DNA of 32,253 nt from a virus. The DNA lies in the IMG/VR virus record IMGVR_UViG_3300009499_000172, one strand, 5' to 3'. Positions 1 to 9,028 of this stretch are shown one piece after another; positions within the stretch are counted from its first letter, which is position 1; each line of letters opens with the position of its first letter. The notes beneath the pieces are model-generated. The model saw only the letters and a program-made list of their open reading frames with translations, was not told the DNA's origin and searched no databases. The position numbers were made by a program, and so were the translations under genes.

Positions 1-7
1 AACTGTA

Positions 8-286
8 TCATCGGTCATGTTGCATATTCACTGCAATATACTGTTCTCTTAAACGATTTCTTTCAGAAGCAAGCTCATCTGTGTAGTTCATCCATCGTGC
101 ATACAGCTGAAAGAATGGTGGTACGTCATCTGGCCTAGAGCATGAGGGACAACCATTCATCGGAATAGAGCCGTGCTCTGGCGACCACGGATACGACCAG
201 CTGTATCCACAAGAACAACACTCGTAATCGTCATTATTGATGTCGTGTTTACTTAACATTGCATGAAGAGGGACTTGCACCCTCAC
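8..286 (-). CDS. hypothetical small Cys-rich protein (CCSCG...CPSC motif, possible zinc ribbon)
   Basis: ORF in the minus-strand gene tiling. Cys cluster visible in the translation. No family recognised. Confidence 0.3.
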   Translation of the reverse strand: MRVQVPLHAMLSKHDINNDDYECCSCGYSWSYPWSPEHGSIPMNGCPSCSRPDDVPPFFQLYARWMNYTDELASERNRLREQYIAVNMQHDR

Positions 287-304
287 GTCATTTGACAGAG
301 GATT

Positions 305-796
305 TTAAGTTCTCCGCGTCTGCTGTTTCCGCCATTCATGCGCTTGGATTCGTCTATAAAGACTAATGATTCTATCGATATCGATGTCGCTTACTTTTCG
401 CTTCTTCAATACAGACTTAATTATGTTTTTTGAATTTGAGATGAGAATGTTGATTGCTTCTTCCCACACACGGTCATCTGATGCATTATTCAAACGAGCG
501 CAGGCCTGCTTGTAAAGCTTACGCTTAAGCTTTCGATACATACGCATCGACCTGATGCTCTTATCGACGGCTTTAACGTGCATTAGAACATCACGCGGTG
601 AGTCATTGTAGAGTGTTGGAAATGGTACAGTGTATGACACATCAAGGTTCAACAAGTACAGTATGACATTAACAAGCCGTCTTTTGTAAGGAGAAGATTC
701 ATGTATGGATTTGATGAAAGCATCCACGTGGATAATCTCCAAGTTGTTTACTAAAGCCGGCGTAGGCTTTTTCAACACCACAATAATTAATAACAA
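305..796 (-). CDS. hypothetical protein
   Basis: 163-aa minus-strand ORF in a co-oriented gene array. No recognisable motifs. Confidence 0.35.
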   Translation of the reverse strand: MLLIIVVLKKPTPALVNNLEIIHVDAFIKSIHESSPYKRRLVNVILYLLNLDVSYTVPFPTLYNDSPRDVLMHVKAVDKSIRSMRMYRKLKRKLYKQACARLNNASDDRVWEEAINILISNSKNIIKSVLKKRKVSDIDIDRIISLYRRIQAHEWRKQQTRRT

Positions 797-894
797 TCAC
801 TGCATCAATAACATCATCTTCGTCATTGTGTATGCAACGCCGGATTGATGATATCATTATACTAAACGATGAATAACGATATCACAACGTAAAT

Positions 895-1191
895 TCAGAC
901 GATTCCATTACCATTACATTCGACACACTGTTCATTTGACCCGCTGATGCTACAGCTTTCACAGTCTTTACCAAACGTCTCTTTGACTGAGATGATTGAC
1001 CTGACTGTACTGACGTCTTCGATTAGCTCATCAATCATCTTGAGCTTCGTCGTCAGAATGAGATGCTCTGTGCTTCTCATTGCAGGAAACATAGGGCTTC
1101 TCGTTAGGACCTCACGTGCCTCAACTAGCTCTAGCTGTTCTGCCAACAGCTTTCTCTTTCTAAGAACAATCTCTTCAAACAGCTCTACCAT
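895..1191 (-). CDS. hypothetical protein with C-terminal Cys cluster
   Basis: 98-aa ORF with C-terminal CESCS...CVECNGNG. Abuts the downstream gene. Confidence 0.3.
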   Translation of the reverse strand: MVELFEEIVLRKRKLLAEQLELVEAREVLTRSPMFPAMRSTEHLILTTKLKMIDELIEDVSTVRSIISVKETFGKDCESCSISGSNEQCVECNGNGIV

Positions 1192-1766
1192 GTCAGCTGT
1201 CCCCTACGAAGCATTTGAATGAGCTCATCTGGCGACATCCTCTTTGCATTTGCTGGTAAAAGCTCCTCAGCACTCACGTTGTATGGCCACGCAAGAAGCA
1301 CAGCAAACCCATTCGGATTATCAGTTGCCCACTCAATGATGTTCTTCGGTTTGTCATCGACAAAAAAGTCTGCGGCGACCCATGGTTTCAATCGACCCGC
1401 CATCAGCTGGCCCTGGTGGATTCCAAGCTCTCTGCGGAGCCACTCAACACGAGCATCATACCATCCCTTGGATTCCCAAGGAGACGTTAGGACCATGACA
1501 TCACCGAGCGCAAATGATAGCTGAACAAGCTCTTTCGCCCATGGCAGCTGTGGTTGTGTTCGCGTAAAATCGTTGTCAGAGCATATGGCATCTGCTTTTC
1601 TGGCAACATCCTTACCAAACCTTGCACGAAGCACATTGCGAAGGCTAAAGTCATCAACATCGTCAACGCTGAGCTCAATGCCAAGTCTCTTGATGACGTA
1701 TGCTGTCCATTCCGCTAGAACGCCATCGCAATCAAGAGCTATGCGTTTTCTACGTTGGATGCTCAT
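1185..1766 (-). CDS. HAD-superfamily 5'(3')-deoxyribonucleotidase-like phosphatase (NT5C-type)
   Basis: HAD motif I IALDCDGVLAEW (DxDGV), a motif II Ser/Thr (MVLTSPW), and motif III/IV FFVDDKPKN. The ORF track gives 1185..1784. The internal ATG at 1766 overlaps the upstream gene's stop as ATGA, so I take it as the likelier start. Confidence 0.6.
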   Translation of the reverse strand: MSIQRRKRIALDCDGVLAEWTAYVIKRLGIELSVDDVDDFSLRNVLRARFGKDVARKADAICSDNDFTRTQPQLPWAKELVQLSFALGDVMVLTSPWESKGWYDARVEWLRRELGIHQGQLMAGRLKPWVAADFFVDDKPKNIIEWATDNPNGFAVLLAWPYNVSAEELLPANAKRMSPDELIQMLRRGQLTW

Positions 1767-2032
1767 ACAACACCTAAAACCCATGCTGGAACAATGACGA
1801 ATCGCCCATCAGACAGTTTAATGTGCATGCTATTCTCTTTTCCACTCTGCTTGATATGACATATTATCGTGCCTCGTGTGTTGATATCAACATTTTTCAT
1901 GAACTTCAATTCTTGTGTAGAAAGAGGCGTCTGTGTAAAAACGTACCCACACTCACGACCACGCACCGACACATCAAGTGCAGAATAACGAAACACAACG
2001 TCAGACCCGACGTCAAACATGCATGTCCTCAC
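1763..2032 (-). CDS. hypothetical protein
   Basis: 89-aa ORF whose stop is coupled (ATGA) to the downstream start. No family recognised. Confidence 0.35.
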   Translation of the reverse strand: MRTCMFDVGSDVVFRYSALDVSVRGRECGYVFTQTPLSTQELKFMKNVDINTRGTIICHIKQSGKENSMHIKLSDGRFVIVPAWVLGVV

Positions 2033-2244
2033 AAACGTCTTGTGATTCGACCCTTCGAAAGCTCATACGGAGACAGAGCGACCTCGACCCTATCACCGAC
2101 GACAATCTTGATGCTATAGACGCGCATCTTTCCAGCGAGGTATGTCGTAGCGTCCTGCCCTGAGTCAAGCTTCACCTTGAACCTGCTTCCTGGTAGGATG
2201 TCGATTATCGTTCCTGTCGAAATGATGTCTGTATCTGCGGGCAT
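2029..2244 (-). CDS. infA: translation initiation factor IF-1 homologue (S1-like OB fold)
   Basis: The 71-aa sequence aligns along its full length with bacterial IF-1: GTIIDILPGSRFKVKLDSGQ...AGKMRVYSIKIVVGDRVEVALSPYELSKGRI versus E. coli [20 protein letters not shown]...[31 protein letters not shown]. Confidence 0.85.
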   Translation of the reverse strand: MPADTDIISTGTIIDILPGSRFKVKLDSGQDATTYLAGKMRVYSIKIVVGDRVEVALSPYELSKGRITRRL

Positions 2245-2261
2245 ATTTTTGCTTCTATCTC

Positions 2262-2603
2262 TTAATCAGCACCGTCATCGCCGACGGGTTCGTTGTTGGT
2301 GATTGGTTCTCGCGTATTTCGAAAAATCTTAAATGCTGGTAATCCTGATTCACTATCATACTCGATATCGACCTGTGCAATGCAGCCATGAAGTATCGCT
2401 AAAACATCACCGTTCTCCTTGATGACAGCGACATCGCCCGGTAGCGTGTCGTAATCGACAGACACAAATCCTCTTTCTCCCTCTTTCACACTCACAAACC
2501 TAGCCTGTTGTAAAGAGCTTATCACACGACATGATACTGTGCGTAATATCTCGACGTAAGTTCCATGTTCAAATAGCATTTGTAATCCTTGAAGCACAAT
2601 CAT
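2262..2603 (-). CDS. hypothetical protein
   Basis: 113-aa ORF in the co-oriented array. Confidence 0.35.
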   Translation of the reverse strand: MIVLQGLQMLFEHGTYVEILRTVSCRVISSLQQARFVSVKEGERGFVSVDYDTLPGDVAVIKENGDVLAILHGCIAQVDIEYDSESGLPAFKIFRNTREPITNNEPVGDDGAD

Positions 2604-2642
2604 AACATAGCGATTGTGTCGTTATCAACACATAGGCATTTA

Positions 2643-3281
2643 CTATTTCATCAATCGTCGTTGCATCAAAAGCATGAACAGACCGACGACAGCAATGACA
2701 AGCACAACCAGCGCATACACCCAACCGAACAAAAGGCAAATGACTGCAGGCGTAATAAGACCCATGTACCATTGTGTGATAATCATCTTGTCTAGATGCT
2801 GTACGTGTGGCTTATCACTGTGCATGTGCATTATGGTGGCCAACGTCATCCGTCCTCCGTCAAGCGGGTATAAGGGAAGGATGTTTCCAAAAAAAATGAA
2901 CACAAGATTCAACATCGCAACGTTAAAAACAAACTCAACTGGAAACAACACGTATGACATGAACAAGATGACAGACGCTAGCAATGATGCTAGTGGCCCA
3001 GCAACAGCGACATCAAACTGAGTTTTCGGTGATGCAGACGATAACATCGATATCAAAGTAGCAGCTCCGACGAAGTTGAGTGCTATGTTATGCACGGCTA
3101 GCCCATGTCGCTTTGCAGCAAGAAAATGACCGAGCTCATGTATGAACACTAACGTAATGCAAACAACATACAGCAAAAAAAACTGCAATCCGACTGCACC
3201 AGCGATGCATGCTAACATGATGACTGATGCATCGATGCTGACTGCCGTCTCTCCAATCGAAAAAATGCGATAACGGGTCAT
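2643..3281 (-). CDS. M50-family site-2 protease-like integral membrane metalloprotease
   Basis: HExxH in a TM helix (FIHELGHFLAAKRHG), a downstream LDGG motif (PLYPLDGGRMTLA) and multiple hydrophobic segments. This is the short SpoIVFB/RseP core architecture. Confidence 0.75.
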   Translation of the reverse strand: MTRYRIFSIGETAVSIDASVIMLACIAGAVGLQFFLLYVVCITLVFIHELGHFLAAKRHGLAVHNIALNFVGAATLISMLSSASPKTQFDVAVAGPLASLLASVILFMSYVLFPVEFVFNVAMLNLVFIFFGNILPLYPLDGGRMTLATIMHMHSDKPHVQHLDKMIITQWYMGLITPAVICLLFGWVYALVVLVIAVVGLFMLLMQRRLMK

Positions 3282-3487
3282 TTTTGATACCTTTCAGAGA
3301 TGTTTTGACCGATTGATTGCAGTATGTTCTCATGCGTAGCAGCCAAAATGTAATCAAGCGCAGTTGAGAGTTGAACATCAATCTTTGAACTTAAGGCTTT
3401 TGCTAGCACGTATCGTGGGCACGGCCCGATATCATGACTGAGTTTGAGAATTGTGGCGATGTGTTTTTTTGGAACGCGCTGTTTCAT
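3278..3487 (-). CDS. hypothetical protein
   Basis: 69-aa ORF with ATGA overlap to the upstream gene. Confidence 0.3.
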   Translation of the reverse strand: MKQRVPKKHIATILKLSHDIGPCPRYVLAKALSSKIDVQLSTALDYILAATHENILQSIGQNISERYQK

Positions 3488-4176
3488 CTTCTTGATGCCT
3501 TTTTCTTTTTCTTTTTCGTCTGCGTACGAGGAGCATGCCCTGAAATTGCACTCAATATCTCAATCGCAACATTCAACCTAGCATCCTCAGAAAGCTCTTC
3601 GTCGATGATGAGCTCTTCAAGAGTCGGCGTATCAAAAAAACGTGCAGCATCACCCAGTTTGACAGCTTCATTCAACATCGTCTGTTCATTCAGTAGCATA
3701 CGTTGTCGTTCGATGCATTCGCCCAGGCTAGCTGTGATGATATCCAAACGACGCTCAACGGCTCTCGTAGTCATTTTACTGATGTCAGCAGCCAACAGTC
3801 TTATCACGTTTGACTCAGCCCTAGCTCTCAACTGATTGGGTATATCATTGAAAATGACGAATGCATACTCAGTAAAATCTGGGTCATCTAAAAGCTTTTT
3901 AGCAAGAACGTTCGGTTTGATACATATGCGAACGCGACGGGCGGCTGTCTTAAACCTCAGATACTCTGATGCAGCAGCGCAAGGGATAACATCGATTCCA
4001 GAATCCTGCAGGTCATCGACCGCGCGCCAAAATTCACGTGTTGCACCGATGACAAGACGATGTTTTTTAAAGAATGAAAGAGCCTTCACAAGTCCAAAGA
4101 CACATGCACCCGTTTCTATAAGTTTATTCAGGCTTACAGTCCTCTCAACTCTTTTTGAGATAGACGCATTCATCAT
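3484..4176 (-). CDS. hypothetical protein with C-terminal poly-Lys tail
   Basis: 230-aa ORF. The C-terminus QTKKKKKKASRR is encoded by an (AAAAAG)x3 repeat. Confidence 0.4.
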   Translation of the reverse strand: MMNASISKRVERTVSLNKLIETGACVFGLVKALSFFKKHRLVIGATREFWRAVDDLQDSGIDVIPCAAASEYLRFKTAARRVRICIKPNVLAKKLLDDPDFTEYAFVIFNDIPNQLRARAESNVIRLLAADISKMTTRAVERRLDIITASLGECIERQRMLLNEQTMLNEAVKLGDAARFFDTPTLEELIIDEELSEDARLNVAIEILSAISGHAPRTQTKKKKKKASRR

Positions 4177-4224
4177 TTTTTATCTTAAAACAACTATCAT
4201 ACATGTTGCATTACAAAAGCAATC

Positions 4225-4893
4225 TCATTTTCTTAATGAAATGACCCTTGCACGAAGCCCAGCCTTATCAGCACGCTTCGTTGCATTCATCTTGAGCCGA
4301 ACGTTATACTCTTCATCAGGGTCGATGTGATTGACGACGCCAGCAACACGAATCTCGTCGCTGAGCTCAATCATGTTTCCGTTCAACATGACCAGCGTGC
4401 CCTTTGCGATGGTAAAAATCATTCTCTTCGATGATGGTTCGTTATCATAGACGAGCATCGAGCCCGCATAAATCACCTCTGTACCATCTGGTACGTCGAT
4501 GATATCCTGTCGGTTCGTACGACGACTGAGTTGGTATGAACAGCTCGTTGAGTGTTGCTTTGTCGGTTGTAGGCCAAGCGTTGCTGTCACATTTAGCTTA
4601 TCACCGACAACATACCTCTTATTACGCTCTTTGCTACGCTGGGGTTGTTTCATCTGTGTCGAATGATGTAGCCTGTTGATTGTTGATTGCGCTGTCTCTA
4701 GAACAGACAACTGGAATAGCTCTCCTTGTCCGAGGTTCGGCTTAAGAAGGGCGTTATGTATCGCATCATTGACGACAGACCTTACGTCCTGACTTACGTC
4801 GCGTAGGTGCAGTTGCACAACATCTGCGATTGACGCATTTGGTTGTGCGATGATGTCTTCAATCACTGCCTTGATGATGTCAGTTGCATGCAT
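4225..4893 (-). CDS. hypothetical protein
   Basis: 222-aa ORF with no recognisable motifs. Confidence 0.4.
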   Translation of the reverse strand: MHATDIIKAVIEDIIAQPNASIADVVQLHLRDVSQDVRSVVNDAIHNALLKPNLGQGELFQLSVLETAQSTINRLHHSTQMKQPQRSKERNKRYVVGDKLNVTATLGLQPTKQHSTSCSYQLSRRTNRQDIIDVPDGTEVIYAGSMLVYDNEPSSKRMIFTIAKGTLVMLNGNMIELSDEIRVAGVVNHIDPDEEYNVRLKMNATKRADKAGLRARVISLRK

Positions 4894-4935
4894 ATCGCTA
4901 CATTAACACGACTTCAACGATGCATGCACAACGTA

Positions 4936-5286
4936 TCATGCCTCTTCTCCAATGAGACCATCAGGAGAGATATCCTTTACAATTGACGCATCGACGCGCT
5001 GTGCAACAAGATTGATGAGCATCTCAAGCATCTCAGGATTAGGTGTGATTCCTGCAGCACGAAGCAAGTTCAATGCAAGACCACGCATCAGCGCACAACG
5101 ACCCTGGTCTGGGTCATTGATGAATGATGAGATAAACTTTTCGCTATCATTAAATGCCTGCTCGACAAGCGCAACTGGTGCACGATTATCACCCAAGAAA
5201 AACAACCATGGGATTACACGGAACAGCGTCGCAACATCATACGCCGTCTTATCAAGCCTAAGCTCGCTATCATCATCAAAGCTCAT
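4936..5286 (-). CDS. hypothetical protein
   Basis: 116-aa ORF. Confidence 0.35.
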   Translation of the reverse strand: MSFDDDSELRLDKTAYDVATLFRVIPWLFFLGDNRAPVALVEQAFNDSEKFISSFINDPDQGRCALMRGLALNLLRAAGITPNPEMLEMLINLVAQRVDASIVKDISPDGLIGEEA

Positions 5287-5528
5287 TCTTCTATCCTAGA
5301 GAGTAACTTGAAGTGTGTCAAATCATAACGAAAACAGACCTGCTCATCAAACAAAAAATAGTATTTGTTCGCTACTACACTCTTTTCAACGCAAAGCAAC
5401 AGAAACACTCCATGTGATTTTTCATCGTCGCTATCAACACTTACAACAATACCAAAGCCATCATCAGCTTCGCTTTTCCGCACTGGAAACATACATGTCA
5501 GGACGTCATTGACTCTAAACTTTTTCAT
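5283..5528 (-). CDS. hypothetical protein
   Basis: 81-aa ORF coupled to its neighbours. Confidence 0.3.
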   Translation of the reverse strand: MKKFRVNDVLTCMFPVRKSEADDGFGIVVSVDSDDEKSHGVFLLLCVEKSVVANKYYFLFDEQVCFRYDLTHFKLLSRIEE

Positions 5529-5826
5529 TTTTTACATCAACGAGCATTACATCGTCGAACAGACCAAGACGTCGTGCAAGCTCAGGTTGATTGAGCATCA
5601 GCATGTCTGCTGCTTCATCACCTATCCTTTCACGAAGGGGGCGTGCATCAACTGCATCATCATGCTTGACCCTTTGTGCAACCTCTAACCGTCTCGGATG
5701 ACCGAACACATCGAAATCAATGAAAAGCAACTCATGCTCTGAATGATGCTTTTCAAACTGCATCCTTCTGTATCTTGATATGTCTATGCACTTCATTTCT
5801 TTGAGATTCCCACTTTTTGTTTCCAC
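5515..5826 (-). CDS. hypothetical protein
   Basis: 103-aa ORF. Confidence 0.35.
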   Translation of the reverse strand: METKSGNLKEMKCIDISRYRRMQFEKHHSEHELLFIDFDVFGHPRRLEVAQRVKHDDAVDARPLRERIGDEAADMLMLNQPELARRLGLFDDVMLVDVKNEKV

Positions 5827-6242
5827 AGCTTGAGCTCTGCATTGTACTTCTTGAGTGAAGCATAATACTCATGCCACTCATCAAACGACTTCTGTACTAG
5901 TTGGGCCTCTACAACCTCGTCAAAATCGGGATTGGGCGCTGAAACATACGCAACGATGTTAAAGATGCCATCATAGTTTGTGTCGTATTTGAATGTAATG
6001 AAGCACTCGTTTGCATCGAACTTCGATGCAGCAGCAATGACGTCCGAGACTTTGATGGGTTCAAGCTCATTACAATTGGGTATGGGTATGTTTATGAACT
6101 TATCTTTTCCCACATACTTTGCTGGTTGCACTGGAGCGACCGGCTTAGGATTTTCCTTGATGAAACCTTCAAGCTTTTCTCTACGTTTAATTTCACGTTT
6201 AAGCTCATCCAACGACGCATCTTTAAGATTTTTCATAATCAA
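5793..6242 (-). CDS. hypothetical protein
   Basis: 149-aa ORF whose stop overlaps the RNA ligase gene. Confidence 0.4.
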   Translation of the reverse strand: MIMKNLKDASLDELKREIKRREKLEGFIKENPKPVAPVQPAKYVGKDKFINIPIPNCNELEPIKVSDVIAAASKFDANECFITFKYDTNYDGIFNIVAYVSAPNPDFDEVVEAQLVQKSFDEWHEYYASLKKYNAELKLWKQKVGISKK

Positions 6243-7435
6243 CCCTCATCGACGAAAGATGTAGAACCAAGCTTCTCTAGACCCTGTTTCTTCAGGAGTC
6301 GAAGCTGTGCAACGCTGATGTCTAATCGCATCGCATCTCTGATTTCAGACGCCTTCTCTATCTCACCGACAGCCCTACTGATTGCATACGCAAAACAACC
6401 GTCATGACCAACGCACTGTAAGTCTTCATCAAGCTGTTTACACGCCAACGCAATCTCTTTACGTGTCTGCAGTTCCATGATGCGTCTCGTGAGAATCTCA
6501 GACTCAACACGCTCAATCAATTCATCGACACGTGATACATTGGAAGAGATTTCATCCCACAGTGGCTCCATGTATGAACACACCTCCCAATCGAATCCCT
6601 CTTTGAGGAGGGTGTTCTTAAGACCATCAAGCGTTGATACGTCATTAAGATAGCAGAACTCCTTTAGGTAGCGTGGAGTAGCCTGCGACCTCAACGCATG
6701 AAGACGCATGTACCATGCGCTCTTGAGTTTAGAAAGATGATAGTTTCCATCACCCACATGCGTCCAAACGACGATGCCCTCCTTATCATCGAACGCAGAG
6801 ACACGCTGCCTGAGCACGTCTATGTCTGATGCAACATCATCATGATTATCGATGCAATCAACGTTGAAAACATTCTCAACCATTCTCCTGACACGAAGCT
6901 CTCCGCTTGACCAATCAGAGTATCCAAGGCCTATCAGGCGCGGTTCATCATAGCGAACGACTATCTGGTTCGACGGAGCAACGTACTCCATCAGGAAAGA
7001 CTGTTTTTCATGAGAAAGCTTTGCATCCAACAGGCGTGGATACCTCGACGCGATGAGACTACGAACGGCTGAATCCATGTCTGATGCTATCGTCTCACAG
7101 CCGCGCGTTCTAAAATGAACATGACCGTCGATGACAGACCTGATAATCAGGGAGCCGTCGGCCTTCCCAGGAAAATGTGAAATGCCCCTGTTGATGCCGT
7201 CAATGACAATGGAGTCATGCGCAGGCCTCTCAGAGAAATTGAAGAACTTCGGAAACCCTGCACTCACAACCTCGCCGTCTGGGCGACACAGGAGCGAACG
7301 AAGATGAAGCTCTTTCTCGTCCCACTCCCACATGGCCTTGTGTGGTACGATGAGAACGAAATCACCGATGCCGGTGATGCTTCTTGGGTTGATATGAAAT
7401 CTCTCTAAATCAAGAGAACCGATATCGATTTTCAT
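6239..7435 (-). CDS. ATP-dependent RNA ligase, T4 Rnl1-like nucleotidyltransferase
   Basis: Motif I KxDGS (FPGKADGSLI), motif III (FLMEYVAPS), motif IV (DKEGIVVW) and motif V (LSKLKSAWY, compare T4 Rnl1 HFKIKSDWY). The start ATG is preceded by GGTGA. Confidence 0.75.
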   Translation of the reverse strand: MKIDIGSLDLERFHINPRSITGIGDFVLIVPHKAMWEWDEKELHLRSLLCRPDGEVVSAGFPKFFNFSERPAHDSIVIDGINRGISHFPGKADGSLIIRSVIDGHVHFRTRGCETIASDMDSAVRSLIASRYPRLLDAKLSHEKQSFLMEYVAPSNQIVVRYDEPRLIGLGYSDWSSGELRVRRMVENVFNVDCIDNHDDVASDIDVLRQRVSAFDDKEGIVVWTHVGDGNYHLSKLKSAWYMRLHALRSQATPRYLKEFCYLNDVSTLDGLKNTLLKEGFDWEVCSYMEPLWDEISSNVSRVDELIERVESEILTRRIMELQTRKEIALACKQLDEDLQCVGHDGCFAYAISRAVGEIEKASEIRDAMRLDISVAQLRLLKKQGLEKLGSTSFVDEG

Positions 7436-7453
7436 CGCTTATCACCGTCCTTC

Positions 7454-7491
7454 ATTCAACGTCTTTATCCACATGATTAACGTGGTGTGTA
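7454..7491 (-). repeat. 38-nt conserved intergenic element, copy B (33/38 identical to 9323-9360)
   Basis: Plus strand attcaacgtctttatccacatgattaacgtggtgtgta. Minus-strand reading: TACACACCACGTTAATCATGTGGATAAAGACGTTGAAT. It overlaps the stop of ORF 7477..7683 and ends 18 nt before the RNA ligase start (ATG 7433-7435). Confidence 0.6.
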
Positions 7492-7683
7492 TGTGACCCA
7501 ATCACGAGGAGCCATCCTACTAAGGAGCTCCCTGATGTCAAGCAACACCTCGAGCTGGAGGCGTGCAGCGCACATGACATCATCATGCGAATCATGGTTC
7601 AATCGCTTGACGCGACCATACTCTGGGTCATACTTTCCCTCAAGTGACTCAAGTTCACCGATGATATCATCCTTGCTTCTCAT
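7477..7683 (-). CDS. hypothetical protein
   Basis: 68-aa ORF. Its 3' end is embedded in the repeated element. Confidence 0.3.
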   Translation of the reverse strand: MRSKDDIIGELESLEGKYDPEYGRVKRLNHDSHDDVMCAARLQLEVLLDIRELLSRMAPRDWVTYTPR

Positions 7684-7994
7684 TAGCGACGCCTCCTCTT
7701 CTTTCTTGCTCTCGTGTCATCATTTCCGTCTATGAACTCAGGATGCTTCTTTTGCACCCAAGCAACGAATTTTTGTATATCGTCATTCTCAAGCAATCTT
7801 TCGACAGATGAAAACTCTTTTTCAAGCTGTTTTTCGCTGAACGTGTGATGAATCTTGCTGTGGCACACACGATGCATGTGTTCTGTCTCAGTGCCACCAC
7901 GTGAGACAGGAATGAGATGATGCCTATCGATTGACGGCCCAGCAATCATCTCACGCCCGCATAGCGGGCAGCTTCCAAGCGATGTGCTCATCAA
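7683..7994 (-). CDS. HNH endonuclease
   Basis: CPLCGR...DRHHLIPVSRGG...HRVCHSKIH is an HNH/zinc-finger motif. The tail is basic. Confidence 0.7.
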   Translation of the reverse strand: MMSTSLGSCPLCGREMIAGPSIDRHHLIPVSRGGTETEHMHRVCHSKIHHTFSEKQLEKEFSSVERLLENDDIQKFVAWVQKKHPEFIDGNDDTRARKKRRRR

Positions 7995-8227
7995 CCATTC
8001 TCTTTGGCCTGAGGAGACAACCTGATGAAATGAACGTTACAGGTTGCACCGATGGCAGTCCCAGCGATGACATCACCCGCGACGAACCATCGACCGATGT
8101 CTGCATCTTTCTCAGAAAGCGTCGTGGAGCGATAGACGTCGCCAGCATCGATTAAATCTCCAGGATTAAGATGCTTCACATCGCACAAAACACGGGTGAA
8201 AGGATTAACCATGGTTTCATTGTCCAT
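7991..8227 (-). CDS. hypothetical protein
   Basis: 78-aa ORF with a degenerate copy of the repeated element immediately upstream. Confidence 0.35.
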   Translation of the reverse strand: MDNETMVNPFTRVLCDVKHLNPGDLIDAGDVYRSTTLSEKDADIGRWFVAGDVIAGTAIGATCNVHFIRLSPQAKENG

Positions 8228-8273
8228 ATTGACAATCTATCACATTGATTAATACGTTTTCACAGCAGATGCA

Positions 8274-8531
8274 TCACTGCGCTCTAATCAGAGGACATAA
8301 CCCGATGAAAACGCCCTGCACGTATCCCTTACAACCGCATGACATGCATGCAGTCAGGCCACCGTCGCTTATGGAGCTTGAGACGCCATGATGTAACGAC
8401 GGATGATGACCGCAACCATCATTGATGCAATACACTATGCCAAGAGCCTCAGCCTGCGCCTGCGTCATCTGCACGATGATGATGCCATCATCAAGAGGCT
8501 CTTGACGTTTAACCCTGGGTAGCCTTTTCAT
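8274..8531 (-). CDS. hypothetical Cys/His-rich small protein
   Basis: CINDGCGHHPSLHH...CMSCGCKGY clusters. Confidence 0.3.
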   Translation of the reverse strand: MKRLPRVKRQEPLDDGIIIVQMTQAQAEALGIVYCINDGCGHHPSLHHGVSSSISDGGLTACMSCGCKGYVQGVFIGLCPLIRAQ

Positions 8532-8579
8532 GGCCCTTTATACAAATCTAGAGATGAAGAAATCACTTCATCACATCGT

Positions 8580-8771
8580 CTATTTGTATTTTTTTACATC
8601 TTTGGCAATGCTTCTCTCTAAGCAGTGCAGGCTTTTACGAAGATGAATCTCAATTTCATTGAACACACTGAACCACTCACTGAGATGCGCTGCAGACTCA
8701 GAGATGTTGCTCTGCTTTATGTCATCAAACGCTTTTTTGAGCTTGCTGTTTTCGTCATTCATCTTCAACAC
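8580..8771 (-). CDS. hypothetical protein
   Basis: 63-aa ORF. Confidence 0.25.
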   Translation of the reverse strand: MLKMNDENSKLKKAFDDIKQSNISESAAHLSEWFSVFNEIEIHLRKSLHCLERSIAKDVKKYK

Positions 8772-9028
8772 AATACATTTAAAACATCATCTACAGTCGC
8801 AATGACATCATGATAAAACTTCGACATGGTCTCGAAGTATGTGTATGCTCCATCATCATCAAGCATCAGCATCACGGGTGTATCCACCCAACTTAGGTCT
8901 AGATGATGGATGCGATGAAGGCCCATAAGGTCGCGTGCATCATTACGATGACACTCTCTGATACAGAGATATATCTTTTGTTCGTTGACTGCAACAAGCA
9001 TTCCTGGCTGAAGTCTGATTGACATCAC
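8765..9028 (-). CDS. hypothetical protein
   Basis: 87-aa ORF. Confidence 0.3.
   Translation of the reverse strand: MMSIRLQPGMLVAVNEQKIYLCIRECHRNDARDLMGLHRIHHLDLSWVDTPVMLMLDDDGAYTYFETMSKFYHDVIATVDDVLNVLC

Noticed and set aside
1185-1784. ORF-track start at 1784 for the HAD phosphatase
   Set aside because: The internal ATG at 1766 forms an ATGA overlap with the upstream gene's stop. The extra six N-terminal residues (MGFRCC) would overlap that gene, so the shorter start is preferred.
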